DNA from: Bacteroidota bacterium
Lineage (GTDB): Bacteria > Bacteroidota > Bacteroidia > UBA7662 > CANHCV01
Direction: 5' to 3'
Assembly: GCA_947501265.1 (NCBI GenBank)
Contig: CANMVY010000003.1
Location: 204,676 to 268,675, forward strand
Length of the DNA: 64,000 bases
Part shown: piece by piece, positions 20,212-31,377 of the stretch
How the letters are laid out: every line of letters begins with the position of its first letter
Position numbering within the stretch: position 1 is the first letter of the stretch
The notes under the pieces: generated by a model
What the model saw: only the letters and a program-made list of their open reading frames with translations
What the model was told of the DNA's origin: nothing
The model's database searches: none
Translations under genes and position numbers: made by a program

Positions 20212-22596
20212 TTAACGAAGCAAAGTAATAATCCCTGTTTGTGTTTGAAATTGAGGACGATCGATGATGCTTTTCGGATCTGAAACATCAATTTTATAGT
20301 AGGCTCTCCAAAAGTAACGACCGCTCATGCAAGTTTTACCTTTGTGGTTACCATCCCATCCAATGTTCGGGTCAGTAGTTGAGAAAACAATTTGATTTTG
20401 GCGGGTGTAAACCTCAAATTTGAGTTCTGAAACCCCCGAAGAAACAATTTTCATTGTGTCGTTGAATCCGTCGTCGTTGGGAGTAAAGGCCGTTGGCATT
20501 TTAAAGAAGGGCTTACATTTTCCACGCAAATAGAAACTATCGCGTTGAACGCATCCTGTTTTAGAGGAAATGATAAAGTTGTGGTTTCCTGAATCTGAAT
20601 AAACGGCTGCGTATCCAGTTACACCGTTGCTCCATAATACTCCGCTTATTCCTTGGTTAGGATCAATTCTAAACGGAACCTGGTCTCCTGGACATGCAGA
20701 TTGGTCGGCAACCCGAATTTTAGGAAGGGAATCTTGGAAAACCACGGTTGAATCGGTAGCCACACAAGCTCCAATATTTACTTTAACAACGTATTTCTGA
20801 GCAGCGGTTGGGGCTAATTTTCCGGTTGTGGCGCCGTTGGACCAAGCATATTGGGCGTTCACATTGGCGCCGTTATTCGTGGCATCCAAAAACAAGGTTG
20901 AATCTGCACAGAAATAAGAAGTATCGGGAAATACTAATGTCGGTTTTACCAAATCCACTTGCAATTTAACGCTATCAGTTCCGTTGCATGAAGAGGTATT
21001 TACGTTAACCAAATAGGTGCCTGATCGATTTGCTGAAATGGTTTGGGAAGATCCAATGGCGTTGGTTAAATCGGGTAACAAATACCACTGGTATGTTGCA
21101 CCCGCAATTTTAGTGTCGAAGGTTACCGAATTTCCGGTGCAAATGCTGGTGTCGTTCCCCAATTCTAATGGAAGCGCTCTGAAAATCTCAACACTATCAG
21201 AGAAGGTGGCCGATTCGGAACAAGAGTTAGAAACGGTTAAAGTTACCTTGTATTTTCCTGGAGTAACATAGGTATGTGATGGATTTTGAGCATTAGAAAT
21301 ATTGTTAGCTCCGGAAGCGGGGTCACCGAAATTCCACAAACTGCTGGTATAATTGGTAAAGGAAGTATTGGTGAAAGATAATGGAAAGTTGAAACAAACA
21401 ATATTGGAAGTGAATTTGGCTTGGAGTGGCTGATTGTAAAGGTGTGTAAGTACGTTTGGAACTCCTGCACGAACCGTACTTCCAACTCTTAAATTTGAAT
21501 CAATTGTTACCTGACTTATTTGGGCATTAATGTTTGATATTCCAATGAGGTATGCATTGTGACCGAACGTCATGTAAATTTTCCCGTTAGGAGCGATATT
21601 CATGTCACCAAACCAAAAATAACCGGGAACAGAAAATGGTAAATTGTCAATTTTTGAAAATAAAACTCGTCCGGTTCTAAAATTTCCAGCGGTTAAATCG
21701 TATTGAACAATTTGGTTTTTAACGGCACTATTTCCTCCAATGGTGGTGTCTTTGGAGGTACTCGTGTATAGTTTGGAGTTGTCGGTAGAAAATGATGCTC
21801 CAAATTCACCGCCAAATGTAAATAGAGAAACCGGGTTAGATAGGGTAGGAGTAGAGCCATGGTTGATGTTAAAAACTTCTACCACATTATTGGTCGGGTT
21901 ACTTTGAACACAAACCAGACGCTGTTTGTCGGGAGAAACTTTAAGGACTCCCCTAGATGCGTTGGCGGTATTGGGAATGATGGAGCCTGAAGAAAGGTAG
22001 ATGGGGGTTCCAACACCAGACGAAGTAACAGGAATAAAAATGAAGCGGTTGCTTCCCAATTCGTGTGAAATGATATAAAAATCGCGGTTGTTGCACATCA
22101 TAACTGCCGTTAACTTCTCAACCACAGGGGTAGAAATGGCAGGAATATTTTTCTGACCGGATGCTACATCTCCATTGCCATTATCTAATGCCATATCCAC
22201 AACCGAATAGTAAAGGCCATTATTGAAGGCATAATTTTTGGTTGTGAAAACATAGTATTTGCCATTTCTTTGAGGACTTGGGACAATAACTACCGGTTGA
22301 GATCCGCTTTCTCCTCCGTTGATGCTGTTGCCATTCGGCATCATGGAGTTATTTCGATTGTAAATGGATCCTCCAAAACTAAAAAATAAACGATTTCCGG
22401 CAACTGAATCCGAAATGGTTGCGCAACCTCCTTCATCTCCAGAAAAGCCATTAATCCGGGTGTTTACTGGGGTTGGAGTATTGAAATTCACTTCATTGTC
22501 TTGAGCAATGACCCATTGATGAAAAGATTTATTTTGAGCAGTTGAAAATAAAGCTAAGAGAGAAAGAGATAAAATGAAAGTAATGCGAAGCATGTT
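20212..22596 (-). CDS. PKD-domain cell-surface protein with a T9SS type-B (gliding-motility-associated) C-terminal domain
   Basis: Signal peptide MLRITFILSLSLLALFSTAQ. C-terminal FKMPTAFTPNDDGFNDTMKIV...GIITLLR matches the type-B CTD hallmark (AFTPNGDGxND). Ig/PKD-like repeats. Confidence 0.7.
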   Translation of the reverse strand, partial: NMLRITFILSLSLLALFSTAQNKSFHQWVIAQDNEVNFNTPTPVNTRINGFSGDEGGCATISDSVAGNRLFFSFGGSIYNRNNSMMPNGNSINGGESGSQPVVIVPSPQRNGKYYVFTTKNYAFNNGLYYSVVDMALDNGNGDVASGQKNIPAISTPVVEKLTAVMMCNNRDFYIISHELGSNRFIFIPVTSSGVGTPIYLSSGSIIPNTANASRGVLKVSPDKQRLVCVQSNPTNNVVEVFNINHGSTPTLSNPVSLFTFGGEFGASFSTDNSKLYTSTSKDTTIGGNSAVKNQIVQYDLTAGNFRTGRVLFSKIDNLPFSVPGYFWFGDMNIAPNGKIYMTFGHNAYLIGISNINAQISQVTIDSNLRVGSTVRAGVPNVLTHLYNQPLQAKFTSNIVCFNFPLSFTNTSFTNYTSSLWNFGDPASGANNISNAQNPSHTYVTPGKYKVTLTVSNSCSESATFSDSVEIFRALPLELGNDTSICTGNSVTFDTKIAGATYQWYLLPDLTNAIGSSQTISANRSGTYLVNVNTSSCNGTDSVKLQVDLVKPTLVFPDTSYFCADSTLFLDATNNGANVNAQYAWSNGATTGKLAPTAAQKYVVKVNIGACVATDSTVVFQDSLPKIRVADQSACPGDQVPFRIDPNQGISGVLWSNGVTGYAAVYSDSGNHNFIISSKTGCVQRDSFYLRGKCKPFFKMPTAFTPNDDGFNDTMKIVSSGVSELKFEVYTRQNQIVFSTTDPNIGWDGNHKGKTCMSGRYFWRAYYKIDVSDPKSIIDRPQFQTQTGIITLLR

Positions 22597-22658
22597 GATG
22601 TTAATTTTGAAGCCTAAAGAAAATAAAAAGGAAACAAAACGCCAAAACAAAAGCAATG

Positions 22659-23129
22659 TTATTTCATTTTCTTCACAATATTTGAGGTGGATTTTCCTTC
22701 AACAAAGGGAAGCGTAGTTACCAAACCTCCATTTTTCATTACCACTTCATACCCAACAATTTCCTCAATCACGTAATCACCTCCCTTTACTAAAATATTC
22801 GGTAATAGGTGTTCAATCAAATGAATAGGGGTGTCTTCTTCGAATAGTACAACGGCATCTACACATTCCAATCCAGCCAAAATAAAAAGACGATCATCTT
22901 CATTTTGAATGGGCCGAGTTGGTCCTTTCAGCCTTGAAACCGAACGGTCAGAATTTACTCCAACGATGAGGAAATCTCCTAAACCCCGAGCATTTTGAAG
23001 GTAAGAAACGTGACCCCGATGCAGGATATCAAAACACCCATTTGTGAAGACCACTTTTTCGTTCTTTTTTTTCGAAAGAATCTCCTTTAAATCATTGAAA
23101 TCGAAAATTTTAGAATCAATGTTTCTCAT
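22659..23129 (-). CDS. D-glycero-beta-D-manno-heptose 1-phosphate adenylyltransferase (RfaE domain II-like)
   Basis: FTNGCFDILHRGHVSYL cytidylyltransferase motif. About 156 aa. Confidence 0.75.
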   Translation of the reverse strand: MRNIDSKIFDFNDLKEILSKKKNEKVVFTNGCFDILHRGHVSYLQNARGLGDFLIVGVNSDRSVSRLKGPTRPIQNEDDRLFILAGLECVDAVVLFEEDTPIHLIEHLLPNILVKGGDYVIEEIVGYEVVMKNGGLVTTLPFVEGKSTSNIVKKMK

Positions 23130-24105
23130 CGGTTTTTGAACTAAAGTACAGAAAAGAAATTCCCGAATAAATTCCTCCTAAAATGATCATTAACGTTTGG
23201 GTAATCCAAATAACCCACCCAAGGGCATACGATGGAATAGAAAGAAATCCGAAAGTAACCAAGGTGTCTTTAATGGCCGTAGGATAAACGCCCAATCCAC
23301 CCGACAAAATAATTAAGGTAATTCCTCCAACTACGAATGAAGCCAATACGGGGCCAATACCTGCTGAAGCCAATTCTGGAATGCTTAAAAAGCACAAATA
23401 ATGCATCAAAGCATAACAAGCCCAAATGAACAGGGAGTGCGCAATATACGCCCATGCATTTTTCATTTTAAAGATGGAAAGGGCTCCATGCAGCAAGCCA
23501 TCTTTAATTTGATGGATTTTTTTAAAAAATCCTTTTTCTTTCCATTTGTTCAAAAGGTAATTTCCTAAAAAAGCAAGTGCAATGAAAAGGAGCAGCCCCA
23601 ACAATAATCTGAGTCCAGGTTTTGATGCTCCTAATTTTTCAGATAAGATGGAAGATAAAATTTTGCCTTCAAGTAGTAAAACAATCCCTACGATGATGGA
23701 AAGGCAAAATAAATCGGCGATTCTTTCCGTTACCACGGTGCCAAAACTTTTGGATGGTGGTACTTTTTCAGTTTTGAATAAGACCGCGCTTCGGGTAATT
23801 TCTCCTCCTCGAGGAATGAAAATATTTACGAAATAACTCAACATGATTGAGTTGAAACTGTTTTTTAATTTGGGGTGGTAGCCCAAAGGCTCTAGGGTGT
23901 ATTTCCATCTAATGGATCTGGAAATATGGGAAATAAAACCAATGATTCCAGATAAAACAAGATAAAGTGGATTTGCTGATTTAATGGAGTTGAGAAGTTG
24001 ATTTTTTTCATCCTCCGACAATTGTTTGAGCTCGTATTGAATAGCAAAAATCCCAAGGGCTAAAGGGATCGCAATTTTCAGAAAGTTGAAAATTCCCTTT
24101 TTCAT
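23116..24105 (-). CDS. Lysylphosphatidylglycerol-synthase-TM-region / flippase-like membrane protein
   Basis: Polytopic membrane protein of about 330 aa. Family call by overall resemblance only. Confidence 0.5.
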   Translation of the reverse strand: MKKGIFNFLKIAIPLALGIFAIQYELKQLSEDEKNQLLNSIKSANPLYLVLSGIIGFISHISRSIRWKYTLEPLGYHPKLKNSFNSIMLSYFVNIFIPRGGEITRSAVLFKTEKVPPSKSFGTVVTERIADLFCLSIIVGIVLLLEGKILSSILSEKLGASKPGLRLLLGLLLFIALAFLGNYLLNKWKEKGFFKKIHQIKDGLLHGALSIFKMKNAWAYIAHSLFIWACYALMHYLCFLSIPELASAGIGPVLASFVVGGITLIILSGGLGVYPTAIKDTLVTFGFLSIPSYALGWVIWITQTLMIILGGIYSGISFLYFSSKTDEKH

Positions 24106-24446
24106 GGCAATTTGTTCTCAACGGGATAAACCAATTGAGGTGAATAATTTTTTGCTTCTTCTGGAGTGAAGATTCCGTAGGCAATTACGATGATTAAATC
24201 GCCAACTTGTACTTTTCGAGCAGCAGGGCCATTTAAACAAATAATACCAGTGTTTCTTGCACCTTTAATGACGTAAGTCTCGAATCGTTCGCCGTTGTTA
24301 ATGTTTACAATGTGAACTTTCTCGTTTTCGATGAGCCCAGCAGCATCCATCAAATCTTCATCAATCGTAATGGACCCAACGTAATTGAGATTGGCCTCGG
24401 TAACTCGGGCACGATGTATTTTTCCTTTTAAAGCTTGAATGAGCAT
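24102..24446 (-). CDS. panD: Aspartate 1-decarboxylase
   Basis: [29 protein letters not shown] with the Gly-Ser autoprocessing site. Confidence 0.9.
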   Translation of the reverse strand: MLIQALKGKIHRARVTEANLNYVGSITIDEDLMDAAGLIENEKVHIVNINNGERFETYVIKGARNTGIICLNGPAARKVQVGDLIIVIAYGIFTPEEAKNYSPQLVYPVENKLP

Positions 24447-24465
24447 GCAGAAAATTTTAACAAAG

Positions 24466-25311
24466 TTAATTAGAAAGTGCCAAATTGTCGATAAGGCGAA
24501 TTCCTTCTAAATATGCTGCAACCAATAATACCCCTTTTTGGCTGTTATTTTGAAGCGGAAGCAAACTATTCCAATGGCGAATTTCGAAGTATTCAACTTG
24601 AAATCCTTCTAATTCCAACCGTTCTTTTCCTTGAATAGCTAACGTTTCCCAGTCGGTGGTTGAGAAATTTTCTTTCACCCAAATCATGGTTTTGAAAATT
24701 TCTGAAGCTTTTTCTTTTCCCGAGTTGGATAATCGCATGTTTCGGCTGCTCATGGCCAACCCACTTTCTTCCCTAACGGTTGGCAATACCACCAATATTT
24801 CGGATGGAACTTCCATTTGTTGAAGAAGGGATGCTACCACTTTGCATTGTTGAAGATCTTTTTCTCCCATGCACAGAAAATTAGGTTGAATGAGTTCCAA
24901 CAATCGAGATACTACTACTCCAACTCCTTTAAAATGCCCAGGACGAAATGCGCCTTCCAAAATTTCTTCCAAATAACCGAAAGAAAATCCAGGTTCTTGG
25001 TAGTCGGGAGGATACATTTCCTCTACGGTTGGCGCAAATAAATAATCGACACCAATGCCACTTAATAATTGCTCGTCGGCCGATAAATTTCGAGGATATT
25101 TCTCTAAATCTTCAATTTGATTGAATTGCTTGGGATTGACAAAAATAGATGCAAAAACGACATCCGCTTTTGCATGATTGGGCTGTTGAAATAGGGAAAG
25201 GTGGCCTTCATGCAGGGCTCCCATGGTTGGAACAAAGGCGATGGTTTTTTTTAGCTTTTTTATTTCCGAAATCGTGGTTTGAAGTTCGGAAATGGTCGTA
25301 ATGGTCTTCAA
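24466..25311 (-). CDS. panC: Pantoate--beta-alanine ligase
   Basis: [20 protein letters not shown]-type motif. About 281 aa. Confidence 0.9.
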   Translation of the reverse strand: MKTITTISELQTTISEIKKLKKTIAFVPTMGALHEGHLSLFQQPNHAKADVVFASIFVNPKQFNQIEDLEKYPRNLSADEQLLSGIGVDYLFAPTVEEMYPPDYQEPGFSFGYLEEILEGAFRPGHFKGVGVVVSRLLELIQPNFLCMGEKDLQQCKVVASLLQQMEVPSEILVVLPTVREESGLAMSSRNMRLSNSGKEKASEIFKTMIWVKENFSTTDWETLAIQGKERLELEGFQVEYFEIRHWNSLLPLQNNSQKGVLLVAAYLEGIRLIDNLALSN

Positions 25312-25379
25312 TGAAAAAAGGTTATCGAATTGGAATTGCGAAACTACAAACGAAGCGGTTCTTTTTGCTTTATTTTTCG

Positions 25380-25387
25380 TATTTTTG
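25380..25387 (+). promoter_or_regulatory. Putative -7 box (TATTTTTG) for the glycogen-synthase-like gene
   Basis: TAnnTTTG match 25 nt upstream of the ATG at 25413. Confidence 0.35.
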
Positions 25388-25412
25388 CATCTTATTTACC
25401 AAAGTGAAATGT

Positions 25413-26222
25413 ATGAGTAAGGAACGTCTTCGAATTTTATTTGTTGCCCAAGAAATGAAACCCTATTTGGAGTTAACCCAAGTGGCTGAATTTGCTCGTT
25501 CGCTTCCACCTGCAATGCAGGACCGTGGATTTGAAATTCGAGTATTAATGCCCCGTTTTGGTGTGATCAACGAAAGACGTCACCGCCTCCATGAAGTGGT
25601 TCGATTATCGGGAATCAACATCATCATAGAAGATAACGATAATCCTTTGATCGTAAAGGTTGCTTCTCTTACACCTGCGAAAATGCAAGTTTACTTTTTG
25701 GATAACGACGAATATTTCTCCCGAAAAGACGATTTACGTGACAAGGATGGGAATTTCTGTGCGGATAACGACGAACGCATGGTGTTCTTTTGCAAAGGTT
25801 TGATTGAAACCGTAATCAAATTAGGATGGAATCCCGATATCGTTCAATTGAATGGTTGGTTAACTTCCTTGATTCCTTATTATCTAAAAACGCAATACGC
25901 AGATAATCCAGTTTTTCAAGATTCGAAAATCGTGACATCTTTGTATGAAAGTCAGTTCAGCGAAATAATGAATGCAGGAATGATTAACAAATTGGGTACT
26001 GAAACCGATACAGCCTCCGATTTGTCGGATTTTGATGGTTCTTGCAACAGTTTGTACAAAATTGCAGTTAAATATTCCGATGCAATAACGGTACACTCCT
26101 TTGATGTAGATGCTGACGTGTTATCGTTTGCTCAAACAACTTCCAAACCTATTTTTACTTCTACCGAACCCACTGAAAATTTCGATGAATTCAAGTCCTT
26201 TTACCAATCGCTTTTCGAATAA
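25413..26222 (+). CDS. Glycogen/starch synthase-like protein (short, N-terminal GT5 domain only)
   Basis: MSKERLRILFVAQEMKPYLELTQVAEFARSLP matches the GT5 N-terminus. Only about 270 aa. Start set at the internal Met. Confidence 0.6.
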   Translation: MSKERLRILFVAQEMKPYLELTQVAEFARSLPPAMQDRGFEIRVLMPRFGVINERRHRLHEVVRLSGINIIIEDNDNPLIVKVASLTPAKMQVYFLDNDEYFSRKDDLRDKDGNFCADNDERMVFFCKGLIETVIKLGWNPDIVQLNGWLTSLIPYYLKTQYADNPVFQDSKIVTSLYESQFSEIMNAGMINKLGTETDTASDLSDFDGSCNSLYKIAVKYSDAITVHSFDVDADVLSFAQTTSKPIFTSTEPTENFDEFKSFYQSLFE

Positions 26223-26223
26223 A

Positions 26224-27510
26224 TTGAAATTGAGGAAATTACTCTTCCCCCTGTTTGGGGTTATGCTGTTTTTTTCTTGTCGAAAAGATGGTGATGTCGG
26301 TCTATCATTGATTGGAGATGATTTAACCACTCATTTGGTTGATACTTTCCCACTTCAGTTTTCTATTCAAAGGGAAGATACCCTGCAAATTAAAAACACC
26401 GGTCGTCATTTGCTTGGGGTACTCAATGATCCTCAATTTGGAAGGACTTCTGCTCAATTTTGCACTCAAATTATTCCATCTACAGCGTTAACACCTAATT
26501 TTACTAACCTTAAACTCGATTCTGCATTTCTATCATTTCCTTACCTTGGATATTTTGGAGATACAACTTCGGTGCTTCAAGTTACCGTTAAAGTTTTAGC
26601 AAAGCGTATTTATTCAGATTCTATTTATTCTCAGTTTTCGGATTTTTCTACTCAACTTAATCGGGTAGGAGGTGCTACTTTTCGGAACATTCAACCTTCT
26701 GTTGCCAAGCAGTACCGTGAACCAACAGGATCAGGTGGAGATACCTTGGTAACAAGAAACGCCATGTTGCGCATTCCCATTGATACCGGTTTAGCGAAAA
26801 TCTTGATGCTCTCCAATAAAACCAGCTCATCGGCCGATTTTCTGAATTATTTCAATGGTTTTTCCGTAGAAGCCAAATTGATTTCTGGAAATGGGTTGGT
26901 GGTTTATTTGGCCCCAGCTCTTTCGCTTTCTGGGTTAAATATTTATTACCACGATGGAGGGCTTTTTAAACGGTATGATTTCAATGTGAATTCCTCCTGC
27001 GCGTGGAAGAATACCTTTAATTATCAATTTTTGAACTCAGAAGCTCAACGGGCCAAAAATTCCGGCCAGGTGAACCAAGATAAATTATTCGTTGAAGGAA
27101 TGGCCGGTTTTAAAACGAAAATGACCGTTTCCAATTTAAGAAGTATACTTACCAACAAAGATATTGTGATTCAAAAGGCCACTTTAGAATTTCCCGTTCA
27201 TCCCACTCAAATAAAAACATCCAATCAAATTACACCAAGAATTGGTATTGTTGCTATTGATTCCAATGGAAAATCAAACCCAATACCTGATCAGTTTTTT
27301 GATTATTTTGGAGGGCAGTTTAATTCAACCAAAAACGTTTACGAATTAAATCTTACACAATATTTTCAAAAACTTGTTTACCAATCGAACGATTACGGAT
27401 TTTATATTTTATCTTCGAATGGAATCCAGGACGGAACTCGAGTTGTTTTAAATTCAAACAAATCGATTAATCCACCCAAACTAACCATCATTTACACCAA
27501 AATACCATAA
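26224..27510 (+). CDS. DUF4270-like lipoprotein
   Basis: TTG start gives lipoprotein signal MKLRKLLFPLFGVMLFFSC. The track ORF's N-terminal extension overlaps the upstream gene. Confidence 0.45.
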   Translation: MKLRKLLFPLFGVMLFFSCRKDGDVGLSLIGDDLTTHLVDTFPLQFSIQREDTLQIKNTGRHLLGVLNDPQFGRTSAQFCTQIIPSTALTPNFTNLKLDSAFLSFPYLGYFGDTTSVLQVTVKVLAKRIYSDSIYSQFSDFSTQLNRVGGATFRNIQPSVAKQYREPTGSGGDTLVTRNAMLRIPIDTGLAKILMLSNKTSSSADFLNYFNGFSVEAKLISGNGLVVYLAPALSLSGLNIYYHDGGLFKRYDFNVNSSCAWKNTFNYQFLNSEAQRAKNSGQVNQDKLFVEGMAGFKTKMTVSNLRSILTNKDIVIQKATLEFPVHPTQIKTSNQITPRIGIVAIDSNGKSNPIPDQFFDYFGGQFNSTKNVYELNLTQYFQKLVYQSNDYGFYILSSNGIQDGTRVVLNSNKSINPPKLTIIYTKIP

Positions 27511-27513
27511 CGT

Positions 27514-29352
27514 ATGTGCGGAATTGTAGCTTATGTAGGGAAACAACAAGCCTCTCCCATCTTATTAAAAGGACTTCAACGACTCGAGTATCGAGGTTAT
27601 GATAGTGCAGGGATTTGTTTGAATCGCGATGAATCGTTTGTAGTTCATAAAACAGCCGGTAAGGTTTCTGATCTTCAAAAGTTGGTTGATGCCGGAGTTC
27701 ATGAAGGAACAATCGGAATTGGTCATACGCGTTGGGCCACTCACGGTGAACCCAACGATCGAAATGCACACCCTCACGTTTCTTTCCATAAAAGGTTAGT
27801 GATCGTACACAATGGTATTATCGAAAATTTTAGTGCCTTGAAAGTACGTCTTCAATCCAAAGGAGTTGAATTTGTAAGTGATACGGATACCGAAGTTCTC
27901 GTTAATTTTATTGAGGACATCATGTTGGAGGAAAATTTGCCTTTTGATGAAGCAGTTCGGATAGCCTTGAACGAAGTACATGGAGCCTATGCCATTGTGG
28001 TGATGGATACCCATGAACCACGCAAATTGGTGGCAGCCAGAAAAGGTAGCCCGCTGGTTTTAGGAGTTGGAATAGGAGAATTTTTCTTTGCTTCGGATGC
28101 TTCACCCATCATTGAATACACCAAAAAAGTCGTTTACATCAACGATTCTGAAATGGTGGTTTGCGATGATAAACACTTCATCGTAAAAACCATTCAAAAT
28201 GAGGTGAAAACAGCAAAAATTCAAGAAATTGAGATGGAATTGGAAGCCATAGAAAAAGGCGGTTACGATTCCTTCATGCTCAAAGAAATTTTTGAGCAAC
28301 CCAAAGCCATTACCGATTCTCTTCGTGGTCGTTTGGATTTGCATGGGGGAACCATAAAAATGGCGGGATTGGAAGAATACCGCGCTAAATTTCTTAATGC
28401 CAACCGAATTATCATCATTGCTTGTGGAACTTCCTGGCACGCCGGTTTGGTTGGGGAATACCTCATTGAAGAGTTTTCACGTATACCCGTTGAGGTAGAA
28501 TACGCATCAGAGTTCCGCTACCGCGATCCTGTTATCAATCAAAATGATGTAGTTATCGCTATTTCTCAATCGGGTGAAACGGCCGATACACTTGCTGCAA
28601 TTGATTTAGCTAAACAACGAGGCGCTACCATTTTTGGTATTTGCAATGTTATCGGTGCTTCTATTCCTCGTGCAACTCATGCAGGAGCATATACCCACGC
28701 CGGCCCCGAAATTGGTGTTGCTTCAACCAAAGCGTTTACCGCTCAGGTTTCTCTGCTAACCATGATTGCCATTTGGCTCGGAAGTGAAAAGGGGAATTTG
28801 TCGCAAACAGAAACGCTTTCTTTGATGACGGAATTGGAGCAGATCCCTTCTAAAATTGAAGAATGCTTGAAAGTTAATGCACTTGTTGAAGAGATTTCGG
28901 CAAAGTTCAAAGATTCTACCAATGCTCTTTACTTAGGAAGAGGCTATTTGTTCCCCGTGGCATTAGAAGGTGCATTGAAATTGAAGGAAATTTCGTACAT
29001 CCATGCTGAAGGATATCCCGCAGCCGAAATGAAACACGGACCGATTGCCCTAATTGACGAAGCGATGCCCGTTATTGTTGTAGCCCCGAAAGGAGCTCAA
29101 TACGATAAGTTGGTTAGCAATATTCAGGAAGTAAAAGCCCGAAAAGGAAATGTGATTGCCATCGTTACCGAGGGTGATACCGAAGTTAAAGCCTTGGCCG
29201 ATTACATCATCGAAATTCCTGATGCTCCAGATCCTTTGTTGCCTTTGCTAACAGTTGTGCCCTTACAATTGCTATCTTATCACATAGCCATGATGCGGGG
29301 GTGCAATGTAGATCAGCCTAGAAACCTTGCAAAATCGGTTACCGTAGAGTAA
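27514..29352 (+). CDS. glmS: Glutamine--fructose-6-phosphate aminotransferase (isomerizing)
   Basis: MCGIVAYVG Ntn amidotransferase start. Two SIS domains. C-terminal ...AKSVTVE. Confidence 0.95.
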   Translation: MCGIVAYVGKQQASPILLKGLQRLEYRGYDSAGICLNRDESFVVHKTAGKVSDLQKLVDAGVHEGTIGIGHTRWATHGEPNDRNAHPHVSFHKRLVIVHNGIIENFSALKVRLQSKGVEFVSDTDTEVLVNFIEDIMLEENLPFDEAVRIALNEVHGAYAIVVMDTHEPRKLVAARKGSPLVLGVGIGEFFFASDASPIIEYTKKVVYINDSEMVVCDDKHFIVKTIQNEVKTAKIQEIEMELEAIEKGGYDSFMLKEIFEQPKAITDSLRGRLDLHGGTIKMAGLEEYRAKFLNANRIIIIACGTSWHAGLVGEYLIEEFSRIPVEVEYASEFRYRDPVINQNDVVIAISQSGETADTLAAIDLAKQRGATIFGICNVIGASIPRATHAGAYTHAGPEIGVASTKAFTAQVSLLTMIAIWLGSEKGNLSQTETLSLMTELEQIPSKIEECLKVNALVEEISAKFKDSTNALYLGRGYLFPVALEGALKLKEISYIHAEGYPAAEMKHGPIALIDEAMPVIVVAPKGAQYDKLVSNIQEVKARKGNVIAIVTEGDTEVKALADYIIEIPDAPDPLLPLLTVVPLQLLSYHIAMMRGCNVDQPRNLAKSVTVE

Positions 29353-29497
29353 GTTCGAACATACGTTCCATCTACTACGTAGTTTTAATCGTTTGATTTA
29401 ATCCGGTTTTTATTCCTTTAAAAACCTTTTTAGGTTGAACCTTTTACTTGGCTTCTGTTTTTAATGACAGAGTTGGGTTTGTTATCAATGTTATCTT

Positions 29498-29743
29498 ATG
29501 AACGACTGGACGGAATCCAATCATGAACTTACGAAAACCTTTGTTTTTAAATCCTTTTTAGAAGCGATTCATTGGATGGTGAAAGCAAGTAGTGAAATGG
29601 AGAAACAGAACCATCATGCAATATGGACCAACGAATACAACAAGGTACATGTGCGTTTAACAACGCATGATGCTGGAAATACAATTACCCAAAAGGATCG
29701 AGCTCTTGCTGCTGCATTGGATATGATCGACATCAAGGAGTAA
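29498..29743 (+). CDS. 4a-hydroxytetrahydrobiopterin dehydratase (PCD/DCoH)
   Basis: 81 aa. WTE...HHA.W..EYNKVHVRLTTHDAG pterin-carbinolamine dehydratase pattern. Confidence 0.75.
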   Translation: MNDWTESNHELTKTFVFKSFLEAIHWMVKASSEMEKQNHHAIWTNEYNKVHVRLTTHDAGNTITQKDRALAAALDMIDIKE

Positions 29744-29837
29744 GGCTTTTGTCAGCTATTATTCCTATGGAAGCAACCTAGTAGTTAAGTTATTACAGCA
29801 TTATTGATGCTTTTCCCAAAAGGGGGGAATAGCAATT

Positions 29838-29862
29838 AAAAAACCGCCGAAAGGCGGTTTTT
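29838..29862. terminator. Bidirectional rho-independent terminator between convergent PCD and pyrB genes
   Basis: AAAAACCGCCGAAAGGCGGTTTTT: a GC hairpin flanked by an A-run and a T-run. Confidence 0.7.
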
Positions 29863-29871
29863 GGTAAACAA

Positions 29872-30795
29872 TTATTTTCTAATTTTTTCCGAAACGTGGA
29901 AGAGGCCTGCCATACGGGTTGCTACCCCGTTTTCAACCTGATCCAAAATAATACTAAATGGCCCATCTGCCACATCCGAGCTAATTTCAACGCCTCGATT
30001 GATGGGGCCAGGGTGCATAATGACCAAATCTTTCCCCACCTTTTCCAATCGTTGTCGATCAATTCCAAAATAAGTGCGGTATTCCCGTAATGAAGGGAAA
30101 TAGGAGGCTTCTTGCCGCTCAAGTTGGATTCGTAATACCATGGCAACATCGCACCATGCTAACGTTTCATCAACGTTGTGACTCACTTCAACACCCAAAC
30201 TTTGAATGTGCTTAGGAATAAGTGTTTTTGGTCCACAAACAACTACTTTCGCGCCTAATTTTTGAAGGCAGAAAATGTTAGATAACGCTACTCGGCTGTG
30301 AACGATATCGCCAATGATGGCCACTTTCACCTCTTCGAGTGTACCAAACTTCTCCCGAATGGAATAAGCATCTAAAATGGCTTGGGTTGGATGCTCGTGG
30401 GCGCCATCTCCCGCATTGATGATGCGAGCTTGAACCTCATTCGCAAGAAATTGTGCAGCTCCTGGATAAGAGTGTCGAATAACCACCACATCCACTTTCA
30501 TGGCGAGGATATTATTTACCGTATCTACCAACGACTCTCCTTTTTTTACAGAAGAGCTTGATGAAGTGAAGTTAATAATATCGGCACTCAATCGTTTTTC
30601 GGCTAACTCGAAACTCAGCTTGGTCCGGGTACTGTTTTCGAAAAACAAATTGGCAACCGTGATGTCGCGCAAGGAAGGTACTTTTTTGATAGGGCGATTG
30701 ATGACCGCTTTGAATTCGTCGGCAGTATTGAAAATAAGCTCCAAATCACTTTTCTGAAGCTCTTTTATGGAAATTAAATGATCGGTACTAAGCAT
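29872..30795 (-). CDS. pyrB: Aspartate carbamoyltransferase catalytic subunit
   Basis: FENSTRTKLSFELAEKRL, HPTQA and HPGP motifs. Confidence 0.9.
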   Translation of the reverse strand: MLSTDHLISIKELQKSDLELIFNTADEFKAVINRPIKKVPSLRDITVANLFFENSTRTKLSFELAEKRLSADIINFTSSSSSVKKGESLVDTVNNILAMKVDVVVIRHSYPGAAQFLANEVQARIINAGDGAHEHPTQAILDAYSIREKFGTLEEVKVAIIGDIVHSRVALSNIFCLQKLGAKVVVCGPKTLIPKHIQSLGVEVSHNVDETLAWCDVAMVLRIQLERQEASYFPSLREYRTYFGIDRQRLEKVGKDLVIMHPGPINRGVEISSDVADGPFSIILDQVENGVATRMAGLFHVSEKIRK

Positions 30796-31327
30796 CTAAT
30801 TCGGGATTAAAAATATGAACTTCGGATTGAGGGTGCCAAACTACTTTAACTTTTTGAGAACGAACGGTATCAACTTTTAGACCGCAATAATCGGCCTCGA
30901 TGGGAAATTGCCGCGATTTATTGCGGTCAATCAATACCAATAATTCCACAGATTCTGGTCGCCCAAAATCCATAAGTGCATCCAATCCAGAACGTATGGT
31001 ACGACCGGTAAAGAGAACATCATCGATCAGAATGACTTGTTTTCCTTCAATCAAAAAAGAAATATCTGTTTTTGAAGGTACCAAACCTCCAGAGTGTTGC
31101 CTGAAATCATCCCTGTGAAAGGTTACATCCAGTTCACCGTAGGGAAATGAAAATCCAACTTTTTCTTGCAAGGCAAAATGCAATTGCCGCGCGAATATAC
31201 TACCTCGTGGTTGGAGACCAACAAGAACAACATTCTGGTAATCGGGATGACGTTCCAGAATTTGAGCAATCAATCGCTGAATAATCAGGCTGATTTGAGT
31301 GGGATTAAGAATGATTTTCGGATTCAT
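30788..31327 (-). CDS. pyrR: Bifunctional pyr operon regulator/uracil phosphoribosyltransferase
   Basis: 179 aa. PRPP-binding VILIDDVLFTGRT. 8-nt overlap with pyrB suggests an operon. Confidence 0.85.
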   Translation of the reverse strand: MNPKIILNPTQISLIIQRLIAQILERHPDYQNVVLVGLQPRGSIFARQLHFALQEKVGFSFPYGELDVTFHRDDFRQHSGGLVPSKTDISFLIEGKQVILIDDVLFTGRTIRSGLDALMDFGRPESVELLVLIDRNKSRQFPIEADYCGLKVDTVRSQKVKVVWHPQSEVHIFNPELDA

Positions 31328-31344
31328 GAATCAAATGCAAACAT

Positions 31345-31377
31345 AAAAAAAAACCTCTCGATTTTCGAGAGGTTTTT
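31345..31377 (-). terminator. Terminator hairpin between rpsA and pyrR (rpsA terminator and/or pyr leader attenuator)
   Basis: On the minus strand: AAAAACCTCTCGAAAATCGAGAGGTTTTTTTTT. The stem contains GAGAGG, reminiscent of the PyrR RNA-binding motif. Lies 18 nt upstream of the pyrR start. Confidence 0.6.

Noticed and set aside
25311-25412. N-terminal extension of the glycogen-synthase-like ORF ([13 protein letters not shown]...)
   Set aside because: The extension overlaps the divergent panC start region and contains the predicted promoter. The conserved GT5 N-terminus begins at MSKERL.
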